Made by a program: the position numbers and the translations under genes. DNA of 46,988 nt, filler included, from Mitosporidium daphniae (Eukaryota), in NCBI RefSeq assembly GCF_000760515.2. It is 2 parts of 2 records of this genome, joined end to end, with 100 filler letters (N's around TTAATTAATTAA, not from the genome) between each part and the next. Parts side by side here need not be neighbours in the genome. Positions count along the whole stretch, not along the records: positions 1 to 23,816 come from NW_013546146.1; 1 more part is not named here. One strand, 5' to 3'. Under the pieces are notes generated by a model. The model did not search any database, had not been told where the DNA came from, and saw nothing but the letters and a program-made list of their open reading frames with translations. How positions within the stretch are numbered: the first letter of the stretch is position 1; each line of letters starts with the position of its first letter. Positions 9,934-21,254 of this stretch are shown piece after piece.

Positions 9934-12900
9934 CTACCCCTGTCCCTGTACCTGCCCCTGCCCCTGTCCCTGTACCTGTCCCTGTACCTGCCCCTGCCCC
10001 TGTCCCTGTACCTGCCCCTGTCCTTCTCTCGCTTCCTCCCCCTGTTCCTCCTCCAGCTTGACAAGGCTTTCCTCTATATTTTCCAATGGATGAGCAAAGG
10101 CAACCTGACACATGGAAATGATTGCATCAAATATATGCAAATCCCTGCTTATGAGGGCTCCAACCAGGGCCTTTTCCAGATACTCTCGAAGCTGACTAGA
10201 TTGCAAGTTTGAGGAAAGGTGGGACGAAATTGGCATCATTTCTCTAATGGTTTTGAAAACCTCTTTTTGGAAGCACAGTGCATCTGCATATGCAAAGCAA
10301 TCAATCATCTTTTCGCTGGACACATCGGCCAGCAAATCCAGCAAAAACGCCTCGTCGCCATGTCTTAAAAATAAAAGACCTTCAAGAGCAGCTATGCGGA
10401 CATCTGCTGAATTTCCAGGAACAACGACATCTGAAAATAGGCGTTCGTCAAGAGGAACAAGTCCGGCAAGCTGAAGTCTAATCAGGCCCTATTGAATACG
10501 AATGGACACCACACATACTCTCAATAGGGAGACCGAGATCACATTTTCATGTGATGGGCGAATTAGATCCAAGAAACGGTACCTCTCTAATTCTTCAAAC
10601 GATTCCCTCAGAATAATGGGATCTGGGCGGCAATATGGCTCCATTGATGCTGGGATCAGCGCATCTATTAGGCTTGTTATCAGGGTGGCCAGGTATGCGC
10701 CATCCGAATACTAATAAATTATAGCATTAATGGCCATCGTTGTCATTAGAAAGTCGAAAAATAGGAAAGGCAAGGGAAAGGAAGGGGGTAATATATGGAC
10801 ATTGAAAAATCACCACGAAAGGCTATGTTGGCGTCAAAACAGACAAAGAAACCTACCATATTCTGTGAGTTGTCATTGAATCTAAGCATTTGGAGAAGGA
10901 ACTTGATGAGCTCTGGAGGCGTCTTGCCGTGATCATCCTTGATCTTTCCAATAAGCCGTAAAATGGTATTTTGAATAAAGTAAGCAGGGAACGAATCAAA
11001 TGAATTGGGCCTTGGCAAGATAGGCTCGCCTATAGACTTGCGAGGGATACCATATTTTGCCTCGAAGGTTCCCAGCAAATATGCAATAACCTCATTACGC
11101 ATGTGCGGAAGGGTTGAAGAGATGGATGCAAGAGCAGCCAAAGCCAGAGAGCGGATCTCATGGTAGTTTTTCCAATTTGATGAGATCTTTTCAAGCACCG
11201 AGAAAACAGTCTCAGATGGCATCAAAGCGAGGGCACTTATTGCCTTAAGGGAGAAATAAATCATGGAAGCATACCTCGGCTTGCGAAATAACATCCCTGT
11301 CGTTTTCCAGCTGCTCGATCCACATAAATTCGGGCTGCTCCACGCTGACTTTTCGCATCCATTCCATTTCCGGATCAAGTCGCACCCATTGCACAGGAGA
11401 CTCATCGGCAATAAGCTGGTCAATACCCATGGTGGTGCTCGAGCTCTCTTCTATGGGATGAAGATGGATGGGGGCTGATGAGGAGGCATTGCCGCCGCCG
11501 CCGCCGGTACCGCCGCCGCCGCCAGAAATCGAAAGCGATCCGCCAGCTGTTGACTTTTTGTATTTAGAATGATAAGGAAGCTCAAAAAAATGGCTTGCAT
11601 CCTCAATATGAACCACATGATCATAATATTGGTCTGACTCCTGAACGCGAATCTTGAGTGGGCCACAAAATCTTCCCCCACGATCGGGATGTGTGCAGTT
11701 TTGGGAGATTCTTATTTCCAGACAACATTTTTTTCTGTTCAACCCAAAGGAAGCATGGAGATTGGCATGTCCAGGGGCATATATCCACTGGTCTGCAAAT
11801 GGACGCAAATCCTTGCCGCTTACTTTTCTCACAAGTCTAAAAAAATGTCCAGAAGTGATCAATATGACCATCCCGGTATCTCCTGTCGCTGCTGGAGAAC
11901 TAAAAGCAAAGGCAGGGTTGCTAGCACCGGTGGAAGGAAGTGCATCTTGTTCCGCCTTACTTTGCTCTCTATTCAATGAGTTGATAAACGACGGAAGCGT
12001 GGAAAGTGTTTTCGCCATTGCATATGGCCCGATTTTTCCTTCAATTGCTTTAAAGATGAGACCAGACTTTAGCAAGTAAAAGTCAAAAAATGATTCTTCC
12101 GCAAGAATCCCTTCAAGGCTTGGAGGCGGATTGGCAGCTACAGCTGCTCTTTCTTCGTCATCTTTTAAGGAAGAAGTTTGAGATCCTCCAGGCCCAAAAA
12201 GAACATCCGAAATGTCGTCTAGTGGCCCCGAAATGCTAAGAGGAGGCGAATCCACTTCCGTCGCACACAAAAGCTCCATTTGCGTACGAAGACGCATTCG
12301 GCCCCAATTTTCTCCATGAAGCCGGCGAAGCCACAGGTCCGTAAGGAAGGATGAAATTCCAAGGCTCACCCACAAGTCAGAAGGGTGCTCCGGACTCAGC
12401 ACAATCGCTCCAAACAACAAGGCAATTCCAAGGAAGATTTTTTCCCTTGAATGGTAAATTTCATCAATCAAATCTGGTCCCACCAACAGAGATTGGCTAA
12501 GGCGTGTGAAACAAATCAAATCCGTACTCTAAAAGGAGGACACCGCCAGAAAGCGCATAAAATGGCCGTACCAAACCGCCGCTAAAAACGATCTTGAAAG
12601 AGGACCATGGATATGCAACCTGCAGCATCCATTGATAAAACTCCACAGCTTTTTCGACATGTTCCAGCGTATGTGCGATTTGTTTTGAAGCATCTGAAAA
12701 GGAAGGTGCAAAACCCACTATATGAGGGCCTTCTATTTCGGAGAAATCAGCGCCCGAAGGTACGCAGATGTTGGAATTTAAACTCGAATTGGTGGCCATA
12801 GAAGTAGAGCAAGAAGAAGAAGGAGGCAATGAAAGTGGTACTTCGTGGCAATAAAAAGACCCAATCACAACACAAATTGCCCATGGGATAATCGTATTGT

Positions 12901-13940
12901 TGGTATCGGCAAATGGAAAAATTCTCTTCCCTTCGGCGATCTATTAAAGAGTAAAGGTTTGCTCATTTACCTGGCTTGGAAGTGACATTGCCGAGGATAT
13001 TACAGTAAATTTATCTCCGATAGATGAAATCCATTCTTCTTTTATTACAATGGACAACTTCCATTGCATAACTGTTCTTGGAGCTGCAATGTATGATGTT
13101 GATGGATTGGCAGTATCCAAGTGAAGACCCATTATGGGCATGAAAACCTGAGAAGACGGAACAGTTGCCCCTAAATATCCGGCATTTGTACACGGACCAG
13201 CAATAAAGTAAAGGTCAGAACCACTTCCATCTCCCTTACGTTCCTGGCATTCATTGACATCATTTCCTGTTTGGACACTGTCATCATTCAAATAAAAAAA
13301 TGCGCCCCTATGGCCAAAAATTGGAATCTCTTTGTCGATGGGATAAAAAGGCATCTTGCCATTGCTCCGATTACAAGACAATGAAAAATGAATCTCCACA
13401 CATATCGTGTTCAAATCGCTAGGGAGCGCAGACAGGATCTCTGGAGTCAGATGCAAATAAAGACTGCCAAATAGAGGCGGTCCAGGCCGACTGGCCTTGC
13501 TCGTATTCTTTGAGGTTATTCCTCCGTGGAAAAAATCTTTAAGGATGTCAGGGCATTTCCAACTTGACGCGTTCGATGACGCTGATGATTCTGAATTTAA
13601 TTTGGCCCCCGAGACCGCCAATTTCTTTATTCGTTGAGCTTGGCTCAAGTAGTTTGGCCGCTCATCAATAAACTGTGTCATAGTTACTCCGTTTAGCATA
13701 ATATGCCGGATTTCTAAAACAAAATTAATCACGTAAATGGATGGTACCAAGAAATCCAACATGAAAGTTAAGTAGTGGAATTATTTCTTTGGATGATATT
13801 CCAATTTTCATCGATGTAGCTCCGTGAATCCCTCCTGATTTGAAATCAACCTCTAGAATCGTTTCTTGAGATAAAAGCACAAATGTTAAAGGCGAAGGAG
13901 GGGCCATTTCAGCTTTAGAAGACGATTCAGGGTCCTCCAT
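9934..13940 (-). CDS. TAF2: TFIID subunit 2 (aminopeptidase-like fold); introns 13714-13747, 12941-12970, 12497-12527, 11244-11274, 10711-10856, 10489-10518
   Basis: YPWSSFKIVF, FADQWIY, WVRLDPEMEW, MWIEQL..DRDVISQ.E, NSF..F..YFIQ, FNDNSQN.YSDG.YLA. Confidence 0.88.
9937..10022 (-). repeat. Imperfect 6-bp repeat encoding the (QG/QV)n C-terminal tail of TAF2
   Basis: CCTGTC/CCTGTA/CCTGCC units on the + strand. Confidence 0.9.
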
Positions 13941-14055
13941 TACTGTTGTGAAAAATTAATAATAAATTTTATTTTAAGACTTAATTCTGGTTTTCACATA
14001 CAGTTGGCCAATGACACCGCATATTAATAGAATTCATTAAAATTTTCAATTTTTA

Positions 14056-14811
14056 ATGAAGTTCAACTTGTTGGCTTTTTCACTTTTCCTACTCCTTTTT
14101 ATAAATTTGAGTCCCCTTTGTAACGGGGGGTTTCTTTATAGACACAAAAATCCGCCTACATTATTGGAAGATCTTGTTGGTTCCGATATTTATAGCTGGT
14201 TTTTTGGTCAGCAGAAACATAAGTCTACTTTTTGGGAAGATTTTTTTGGCCAGAATAATGAGGAAGAAGCTTCGGTTTCGAACTCTTTTTCGTCATTATT
14301 TAAAAGCGATGCCGGCACGTCTTCCATCGCCGCCGGAAATAAACCTCCAGCTAGTGAAGAGGCTGCTCATTTTTCTGCACCGATTGTTCAGTCAAAAGGG
14401 TTTGGGTCTTCACTGGCAGGTTTATTTTCCGGTATCGAAGGGAAGAAATCTCGTCCATCTATTCTCGCGGAGATATTCTCAATTTTGGGGCTGAACGGTC
14501 TATTTGAAATCGTTGGAAATAACAATGTGTTCCTTTTTGTGGATTTTATCATCTCTATATTTATCCTGCTATCAACGTTTTCATTATGGGGATTCGTCTC
14601 CGTTTGGTGGCAATTTAGTAATATCCTGCTCCCCCTCACTGCATTCTTTATTCTTTACTTGATTAAAAAGAACGCTCTTGCGATCCCCTTATTATACCAA
14701 TTGTCATATTTATGCTGGTTGTATCTCAACCTTGCATTCACATCTTGTAGAATTATATTCTATGTTTTCAGGAACATCAATGTAGCTCAAAGTTCTTCCA
14801 ACACTGGTTAG
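14056..14811 (+). CDS. Hypothetical signal-peptide and multi-pass membrane protein
   Basis: 251-aa ORF, hydrophobic N-terminus, 3-4 hydrophobic C-terminal segments, AT-rich leader like neighbouring genes. Confidence 0.7.
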   Translation: MKFNLLAFSLFLLLFINLSPLCNGGFLYRHKNPPTLLEDLVGSDIYSWFFGQQKHKSTFWEDFFGQNNEEEASVSNSFSSLFKSDAGTSSIAAGNKPPASEEAAHFSAPIVQSKGFGSSLAGLFSGIEGKKSRPSILAEIFSILGLNGLFEIVGNNNVFLFVDFIISIFILLSTFSLWGFVSVWWQFSNILLPLTAFFILYLIKKNALAIPLLYQLSYLCWLYLNLAFTSCRIIFYVFRNINVAQSSSNTG

Positions 14812-15014
14812 GTCTTTTCAGATCTTAAGAAGCCAATTTTTATATACAGTAAATAAACGCTAAACTAACCATGATTCACATAATATCTGAGAAATAAGAA
14901 GAACGTTCAACCGAGGATGGCCTCATGAAAAATAAACACGTAACGACTTGACCATGTTTATTTGGACTTTTAATCTAATTAGATCATTTTGTGCGATAAA
15001 ATGATTTAAAAAAT

Positions 15015-15086
15015 TGACCCCTGAGAGATTTGAACTCCCAACCGTTCGATCTGGAGTCGAACGCGCTACCGTTGCGCCAAGGGATC
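15015..15086 (-). tRNA. tRNA-Trp(CCA)
   Basis: 72-nt cloverleaf: acceptor GATCCCT/AGGGGTC, anticodon arm TTCGA-CTCCAGA-TCGAA, GTTCAAAT T-loop. Confidence 0.95.
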
Positions 15087-15163
15087 CTTAGCACAAATTA
15101 CTAGAGATATTTTAAAAATAATATAACAATGAAAACATAACTCCAACCTAATTAATCTTACGC

Positions 15164-15790
15164 ATGTTTCCTAGTGCTTCTGCTACGGTTTCAGTAAGAC
15201 TTAAATACCCCATTGAGAGGTTACAATCTATATATCAAAGCATTGCTCTGAAGGCATGTGAAATCTTTGATGAAGATCCCTCTATACTTTGGAGGAAAAA
15301 TCCTCTAAAGAACATTAATCTTAATAAGAGAGATGCTACCCGTGATGGGATAAAATATTTATCTGGAAAGACATACGCTCTGGACTACTTGTCTTACTTT
15401 CCTTTAAACCAAAATGAGCTTTTATATCCATTACGGACGAAATATGCTTCTATTGTTCCTATTAAACACGCCCAAAATCCCAATTCTCCATCATCAAAGC
15501 TGAAAGATCTTCTTCCTTCAACAGCAAAGACCTCTTTTACCGATATTGATAGATCAAAAAACTATCCAGTATCGAATGAAGAACAAGCCTGCCTTTCTAC
15601 CTTGGAGTCTTCTTTAGAGCCTGATGGGCATCTTTTCCATATTTCAAGGGAACTTGGTGCTGCCTTCAATTTTATACCGCCCGAGCTAAACTCCGTATAC
15701 AAAGCAAATGTGCGAGAAAGAAAAAAGATTCATAACAAGCTTCCACCTGCCAGAAGTGTTGTCAAAAGGGCTAAAAAAACAAAGAAATAA
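15164..15790 (+). CDS. Basic protein, possibly mitoribosomal mS33/Rsm27-like
   Basis: ACEIFD, RDGIKYL..YLSYFP and basic RERKK..KLPP tail loosely resemble mS33; judged by eye. Confidence 0.45.
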   Translation: MFPSASATVSVRLKYPIERLQSIYQSIALKACEIFDEDPSILWRKNPLKNINLNKRDATRDGIKYLSGKTYALDYLSYFPLNQNELLYPLRTKYASIVPIKHAQNPNSPSSKLKDLLPSTAKTSFTDIDRSKNYPVSNEEQACLSTLESSLEPDGHLFHISRELGAAFNFIPPELNSVYKANVRERKKIHNKLPPARSVVKRAKKTKK

Positions 15791-15813
15791 ACATTCATAG
15801 CATTTATTCTATA

Positions 15814-15996
15814 TTATATTAACCTCAATGATGTTAGAGATCGCTTCACAATGAAGAGTCCGAATTGACGTGCAAGGAATGGCATCAGGAAAAATAAAAC
15901 AAGCCTTCCCGTTTTGAATCTTGGATGAAAAGATTGATTTAGAACAGCGCTAGAAGAGTCGCTCAGATAGTTGTTGGATAGTTCAAATGCATTCAT
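15814..15996 (-). CDS. Putative 60-aa single-TM microprotein
   Basis: ATG ORF fills the gap between the 15164 gene and tRNA-Glu; TM-like LVLFFLMPFLARQFG. Confidence 0.4.
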   Translation of the reverse strand: MNAFELSNNYLSDSSSAVLNQSFHPRFKTGRLVLFFLMPFLARQFGLFIVKRSLTSLRLI

Positions 15997-16098
15997 ATTG
16001 TCTCTTCCAGAAAGGTCTGCAATTCCTAGATTTCAATAATGGAATGGAAAGATGTATAAATATATTTAATTATAATAAATGTTACTAGCTTGTCAGTA

Positions 16099-16170
16099 TC
16101 CGCATTGGTCTAGTGGCTAGGATTTCTCGCTTTCACCGAGGCGGCCGGGGTTCGATTCCCCGATGCGGAA
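16099..16170 (+). tRNA. tRNA-Glu(TTC)
   Basis: TCCGCAT/ATGCGGA acceptor, CTTTCAC anticodon loop, GGTTCGATTCC, T-run terminator. Confidence 0.95.
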
Positions 16171-16211
16171 TTTTTATGCCAGATTTATTTTTAGGATTTT
16201 TAAATTTCAAA

Positions 16212-18046
16212 ATGTCAAAGAAACACTCCAAGTTGGATAGTCTCTTTTCCAGCATGCAATCTGACGAGCAACTTCGTAGCCCCAATGTAGAAGATATTTC
16301 TGATGTATCTTGCATTTCATTCAGAGGGGATCAGTTATTCCATCCAAAATCTACACTGTCGACGCCACCTGGATTGGCTCCAATTTCGTTTCATTCTGCT
16401 GAGCCTGCAAAGATCAAATACCATTCGCATTCGAAATTTGCATCGCCACCGCCTGGATTTCCGCCTAATAGTGGGCCTAATAATGAAAATATGCAATCAG
16501 CCTCGATATTGGAATTGTCTGATCATATGAAAAGCCTCCTTTCAAAAAAAGACACCTCTTTTAAAGAGCCCTGTACTCCTCCCGACATCAGTTCTGATTC
16601 GATCTCTACGGGCATCATAAACGAATGTTTAAATGACCTTTTAGGCCGAAAGAATTTGCACAATGGCTTGGAATTGCCGACATCTGATAAGCCCTATTGG
16701 TTGATGACTGATCGTGAAGTACGACATATTTGGAGAATTTCAATGACGCCCGTCATTTCTGCGCTTTGTAAATCACCCTGCAATGTAAATAGCAGCAGGG
16801 ATCATTTCTTGGCCGAAAATCCCAATCTTTTCCTCGATAAAGAGGGAAGGATCGAGTATCCAAGAGACTACACCGGTGATGATTTTTATTTCGCTCAATA
16901 TGCGCCCAAAAAAAGCGCAGACAAAAAAGAGCTCCCAAAAGTAGCTGGAAACCTTCTTTTTCCCTCCACTGCCACAACGCGTTTTGGACGCAGAACGTTC
17001 AGAGAACCCACCATCTCAAATGAAGTACATCTCAAATCAATCCTTCCCCACGTGCCAAAGCTGGCAAGTCGGGGTGAAAAGGTTGTAGATGGCGCACTCG
17101 GGAAAATATCTTTAAATTCCCTCCGTCGACCAAAGCAATCTATTTCAATCGACTCGATGCCGGTTTCTTCTCCTCCAAAGCTAGTTGAAAACAATTCTTT
17201 TTCCAAAATGGTTTCGCTTTCGATGGCCGAAAAGGTATATCAAGCTTTGAATAAATCTGCTGGCGAGAAGGATTTGTTAGCACTCATTGCAGATCCGCAT
17301 TCTTTACTTTCTCTGGTCCAAACTCCAAAAGGAAAACGCTCGATTCCGCTCATCATTTCTGCGTTGTCGTCGCCAACATCAGTGGAATGTTCCTCTAGCC
17401 TTTTCTCGATATTCCAGACAATACTGTGTAATTTATGTCTATTTTTGTCTTCGATGTCAACGTCTCATTTGCAACACGAGAATTACATAAAGGATGACAA
17501 TGCTGCTGTGGTGGAATCCATTCTTACCCCATTTGTATCTTTCTTAACGCAGCTTTCTGTGCCCGAAATGTTTGAACTTTGTAAAAAAATTGCAATTCAA
17601 CCGGGTCTTTCTCAGATAATTTCACACTCTAAGGTGAGGTCCCTTTTTAATCCGCTTAGATTCCATACATGGTATTATGTATCATTTTTTCTCAAGTTGA
17701 GCATTCGCTTCAGGCTGGTGGGGCCAATTTTCATGCCTTCGAAGACACTTGGAATCAAGTAGCCGAATCTCTTTTCAACTCGCTGTGTATATCTTTCCCC
17801 GCGATGCTATCTCCATCGTCGTCCCCTTTTCCACAAACCGAAGATGACTTGTTTTATGCTTGGCAATTTCTGGCCCTACTTTCAGCTCATATTTCGTCCG
17901 CTAATTGCCATACTCTTGTAAATGTGCTGAGAGATCCAATTCTAAGTGCCGCTAATTCAGGATCTCCTGAACCAATTAGGAACGTTAACCTTCTTTTAAA
18001 TATGATTGGCCTCGATGCATCTCAGTTGGCCCAAAAAAGCAAATAA
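16212..18046 (+). CDS. PAT1: mRNA decapping activator Pat1; intron 17634-17659
   Basis: Pro-rich N-terminus, LMT.RE...I.RI, DDFYF, GALGKIS....RRPK, helical C-domain ending IGLD. Confidence 0.8.
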
Positions 18047-18846
18047 ACATATGCACCAACCAAAGTGCCAGGCCCATTGTGGATCGATTTAGATTAATTA
18101 CGGTCCGGCCGCGCCTTTTGCGTCTCTACAATGACTTTAGCCGTGCCATCGATCTGCTACACGTTTGCCGATTTCATTTTATTTTTCTGGCTTTTGTATG
18201 AACCGCTCCCCTGCTTTTTGCATGCAACTTGGTGATAGAATCCTCTTATTTTTGCTCTTTGAAGCTCTAATGCCTTTTGCATCTTTTTTTTCCTGGGTGC
18301 AAATTATTAGATTCGCGCTCGGATCATCTATCGCACTGTACCCCATTTGATGCATTGCTACCTGCTTTGGGGGCCTTGTATGTTTTGCTCTATTATGATA
18401 AATGAAGCTCGATACATTTTCATATTTTATACCTGCATGTTTGCTGGCTGTATTATGCCAGCCCCAAGGCGTTATTTTAAATGATATTTTCTCTCGAGTA
18501 GTAGTTTCCTAGTTGTCACGATAGCTTCAGGATGGACATTAAAATGGTTGTCTGTTGTATTTCCGAGTGTACAGAGATCCGTATGAATGGTCCACTTCGG
18601 AGAATTAAACCGCAATGGCAACAATGGACCGTTTCAGATTGATTATTTGTTATACTGGAGCAATGGAGAAGCCTCTGAACAATAAACTTTTAAAGTTGCC
18701 AATTGTCCACAGTCCTAATATACAAATATTAGCACCTAGATGCCCCTATTGGCCTGAAAGTAAATCGATATTTACGCCAATCAACCTTGTTAATTTACAT
18801 CGAACGGCTATTGGCTAATTGTTCAAGATGCAAGTTATTTTTTTAA

Positions 18847-19173
18847 ATGGGTTCTTTGCTTATTTCTACTCTTGATTTTAGTATTTCAGCCATCGCATAT
18901 ATCCCACTGCTTATTTCGTATTCATTGAATAGAATTTTGATGGATTATCTTCCATTTCCAGATGCCATGAAGAAAGAAACACCACACGTTACGTTGGCCA
19001 TAGTAACGTTACAGCTAGGGGGAATTTTCACTGGGGTTCTGGGCTTGCGACCAGAATGGGTAATTTTTATGATTTGTCTCTATTTTGGTGTTAAAATAGT
19101 TTTTGGTATAAAACTCTCCAAAAAAATGAGCGAATTGTACTGTAAACTTTATGAGACTGGTTTGAAGAAATGA
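18847..19173 (+). CDS. Hypothetical small membrane protein
   Basis: 108-aa ORF with about 3 hydrophobic segments. Confidence 0.5.
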   Translation: MGSLLISTLDFSISAIAYIPLLISYSLNRILMDYLPFPDAMKKETPHVTLAIVTLQLGGIFTGVLGLRPEWVIFMICLYFGVKIVFGIKLSKKMSELYCKLYETGLKK

Positions 19174-19345
19174 AATCCAAACAATAGTACAAATAAACTA
19201 TCAAAAATATTGGCACCAAGTAGAATAAACCAAACCCCGGCACACTTAGTGAGCGCATCGCGGTGTCAACGGGTAAGCCGGGCCATTTCGCTAACTGGGA
19301 CAATAAAATATTTATTGATCACAAGCCGTTTATAAATCATCGTGC

Positions 19346-20986
19346 TCACCAATCGGCCTCGGCAACCATACGCTCGATGTCTTCTGGACTGAGACGACCC
19401 TTGTCGTTGGTAATTGTAATTCCGGACGACTTGTCTTTGTTTGCAGATGCAAGGTCATAGGCATTTACACGAAGGACACCATTGACATCGATATCAAAAA
19501 CGACCTCGATTTGAGGAACGCCACGCGGAGCCGGGGGAATCCCAGAAAGCGAAAATTTACCGAGAAGATTATTGTCTCGAGTAAGAGTACGCTCGCCCTC
19601 GTAGACTTTGATTTCTACAGTAGACTGGTTATCCGCAGCAGTGGAAAAGATCTGCGTACGCTTGCTGGGGATGGCTGTGTTTCTTTTTATCAGCGTAGTC
19701 ATAACACCACCGGTCGTTTCAATGCCAAGAGAAAGAGGGCAAACGTCAAGCAAAACGATATCACTAGACTTGTCTTCTCCCGAAATAATTGCGGCTTGGA
19801 CGGCAGCACCATACGCAATAGCTTCGTCCGGATTGATGTCTTTGTTGAGTTTCTTTCCGTTGAAAAAGTCTTGCAGAATCTTTTGTACAAAAGGAATTCG
19901 AGTTGAGCCACCGACCAACACAACCTCATCAACATTGCTTTTGGATACCTTTGCGTCTTCCAAAACTTGGGCAACCGGCTTTAAAGTCTTCATGAAGAGA
20001 TCGCGATTTAGATCTTCAAAGCGAGCACGGGTGATTTTCTCACTAAAGTCTTCTCCCTTGTAAAAGTTTTCAATTGTAAGGGTAGCCGATTCTTCGTAGG
20101 ATAAAATTTTCTTGACCTTCTCCACTTCGCGCTTGAGTTTTGAAACGATAACCATGTTGTCTGTAAAGTCGGCTTTGAAGCGCTGAGAAGCAATCTTGAG
20201 AAAATGCTTGAGCAGATTGTTGTCAAAGTCTTCACCTCCAAGATGTGGATCACCAGCAATGGCGAGAACCTCAAAAACACCCTCATCAATGGTGAGCAAA
20301 GACACGTCGAAAGTACCGCCTCCGAGATCAAAAACTAAAACAGTCATCTCCTTTGATTTGCGATCGAGTCCATAGGCAATGGCGGCAGCCGTGGGCTCAT
20401 TAATGATGCGATCGACCTTCAAGCCGGCAATGACTCCTGCATCTTTAGTTGCTTGACGCTGACTATCTGTGAAATATGCAGGCACCGTAATGACGGCCGA
20501 GGTGACGGTCTCGCCAAGATAAGTCTCCGCCATAGCCTTCAGCTTGGAAAGGATCATGGCCGAAATCTGTTCAGGAGTGAAGCTTTCAATGTGATTCGCT
20601 CCAATGGGAACCTTAAACATCGGCTTGTTGCCAACATTTTCCACCTCATAAATGGCATATTGAAGTTCTAATTGAACATTGGCATCGTTATAATACTGCC
20701 CGATAAATCGTTTTGCCGAGTAGATGGTAGAAAGAGGTGCCAAAGCCTGGTTGAGCTTGGCGGCATCACCGACAAGGCGCGTTCCATCCTCTGTAAAGGA
20801 AACATACGAGGGAGTGATGCGATTGCCAAGCTCGTTGGTGATGATTTCAACATTTTGATTGCGTCGGATACCCACGCAAGAGTATGTGGTACCCAAGTCG
20901 ATACCGATGGATCGGGAGTGGGAAACCGAAACGAAAAAAGAGCCGCAAACAAGAAAGAACAGAAGAAAGGACCGAATTGAACCCAT
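19346..20986 (-). CDS. KAR2: ER Hsp70 BiP/Kar2, C-terminally truncated as assembled (no lid; HDDL out of frame)
   Basis: Signal peptide, [46 protein letters not shown]. Confidence 0.92.
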   Translation of the reverse strand: MGSIRSFLLFFLVCGSFFVSVSHSRSIGIDLGTTYSCVGIRRNQNVEIITNELGNRITPSYVSFTEDGTRLVGDAAKLNQALAPLSTIYSAKRFIGQYYNDANVQLELQYAIYEVENVGNKPMFKVPIGANHIESFTPEQISAMILSKLKAMAETYLGETVTSAVITVPAYFTDSQRQATKDAGVIAGLKVDRIINEPTAAAIAYGLDRKSKEMTVLVFDLGGGTFDVSLLTIDEGVFEVLAIAGDPHLGGEDFDNNLLKHFLKIASQRFKADFTDNMVIVSKLKREVEKVKKILSYEESATLTIENFYKGEDFSEKITRARFEDLNRDLFMKTLKPVAQVLEDAKVSKSNVDEVVLVGGSTRIPFVQKILQDFFNGKKLNKDINPDEAIAYGAAVQAAIISGEDKSSDIVLLDVCPLSLGIETTGGVMTTLIKRNTAIPSKRTQIFSTAADNQSTVEIKVYEGERTLTRDNNLLGKFSLSGIPPAPRGVPQIEVVFDIDVNGVLRVNAYDLASANKDKSSGITITNDKGRLSPEDIERMVAEADW

Positions 20987-21029
20987 GATGAAGAATGCAA
21001 AAAAGCCTTGTTATATGCGATAAAGATGT

Positions 21030-21042
21030 TTCTAGAATTTTC
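21030..21042. promoter_or_regulatory. Heat-shock element TTC-ta-GAA-tt-TTC about 44 bp upstream of the BiP ATG
   Basis: Three alternating nGAAn units at perfect spacing in front of an Hsp70 gene. Confidence 0.6.
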
Positions 21043-21215
21043 CTTCAATGTTTCAAAGGCAAGGTGGCAGTTCGTGATTGGTGCAAGATGCGCCAATTTT
21101 TTATAAACTGCACAAATTAAAGATGTAAATTATTTGGATGTTCGCAATTACGGCCCCTTGATGGTGATGGCTGGAAATATTTTCAATTGGTAGAAATTCG
21201 ACAAGTGTCCTGAAA

Positions 21216-21254
21216 AAAAGGCATCCCAAAAAGGACATCCCAAAAGGACATCCG
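21216..21254 (+). repeat. About 13-bp tandem repeat AAAAGGACATCCC x3
   Basis: Read directly; imperfect first copy. Confidence 0.8.

Noticed and set aside
9804..10212. Alternative-frame ORFs over the TAF2 tail (RDRG, GTGA, LPLSLY repeats)
   Set aside because: By-products of a stop-free hexamer repeat.
16113..16211. ORF-track N-terminal extension of PAT1
   Set aside because: Overlaps tRNA-Glu; ATG 16212 has the typical AT-rich leader.
19291..19349. Intron at TG|GTGAGC rescuing the BiP C-terminus
   Set aside because: The nearest acceptors lead to quick stops and I found no lid-like sequence downstream.
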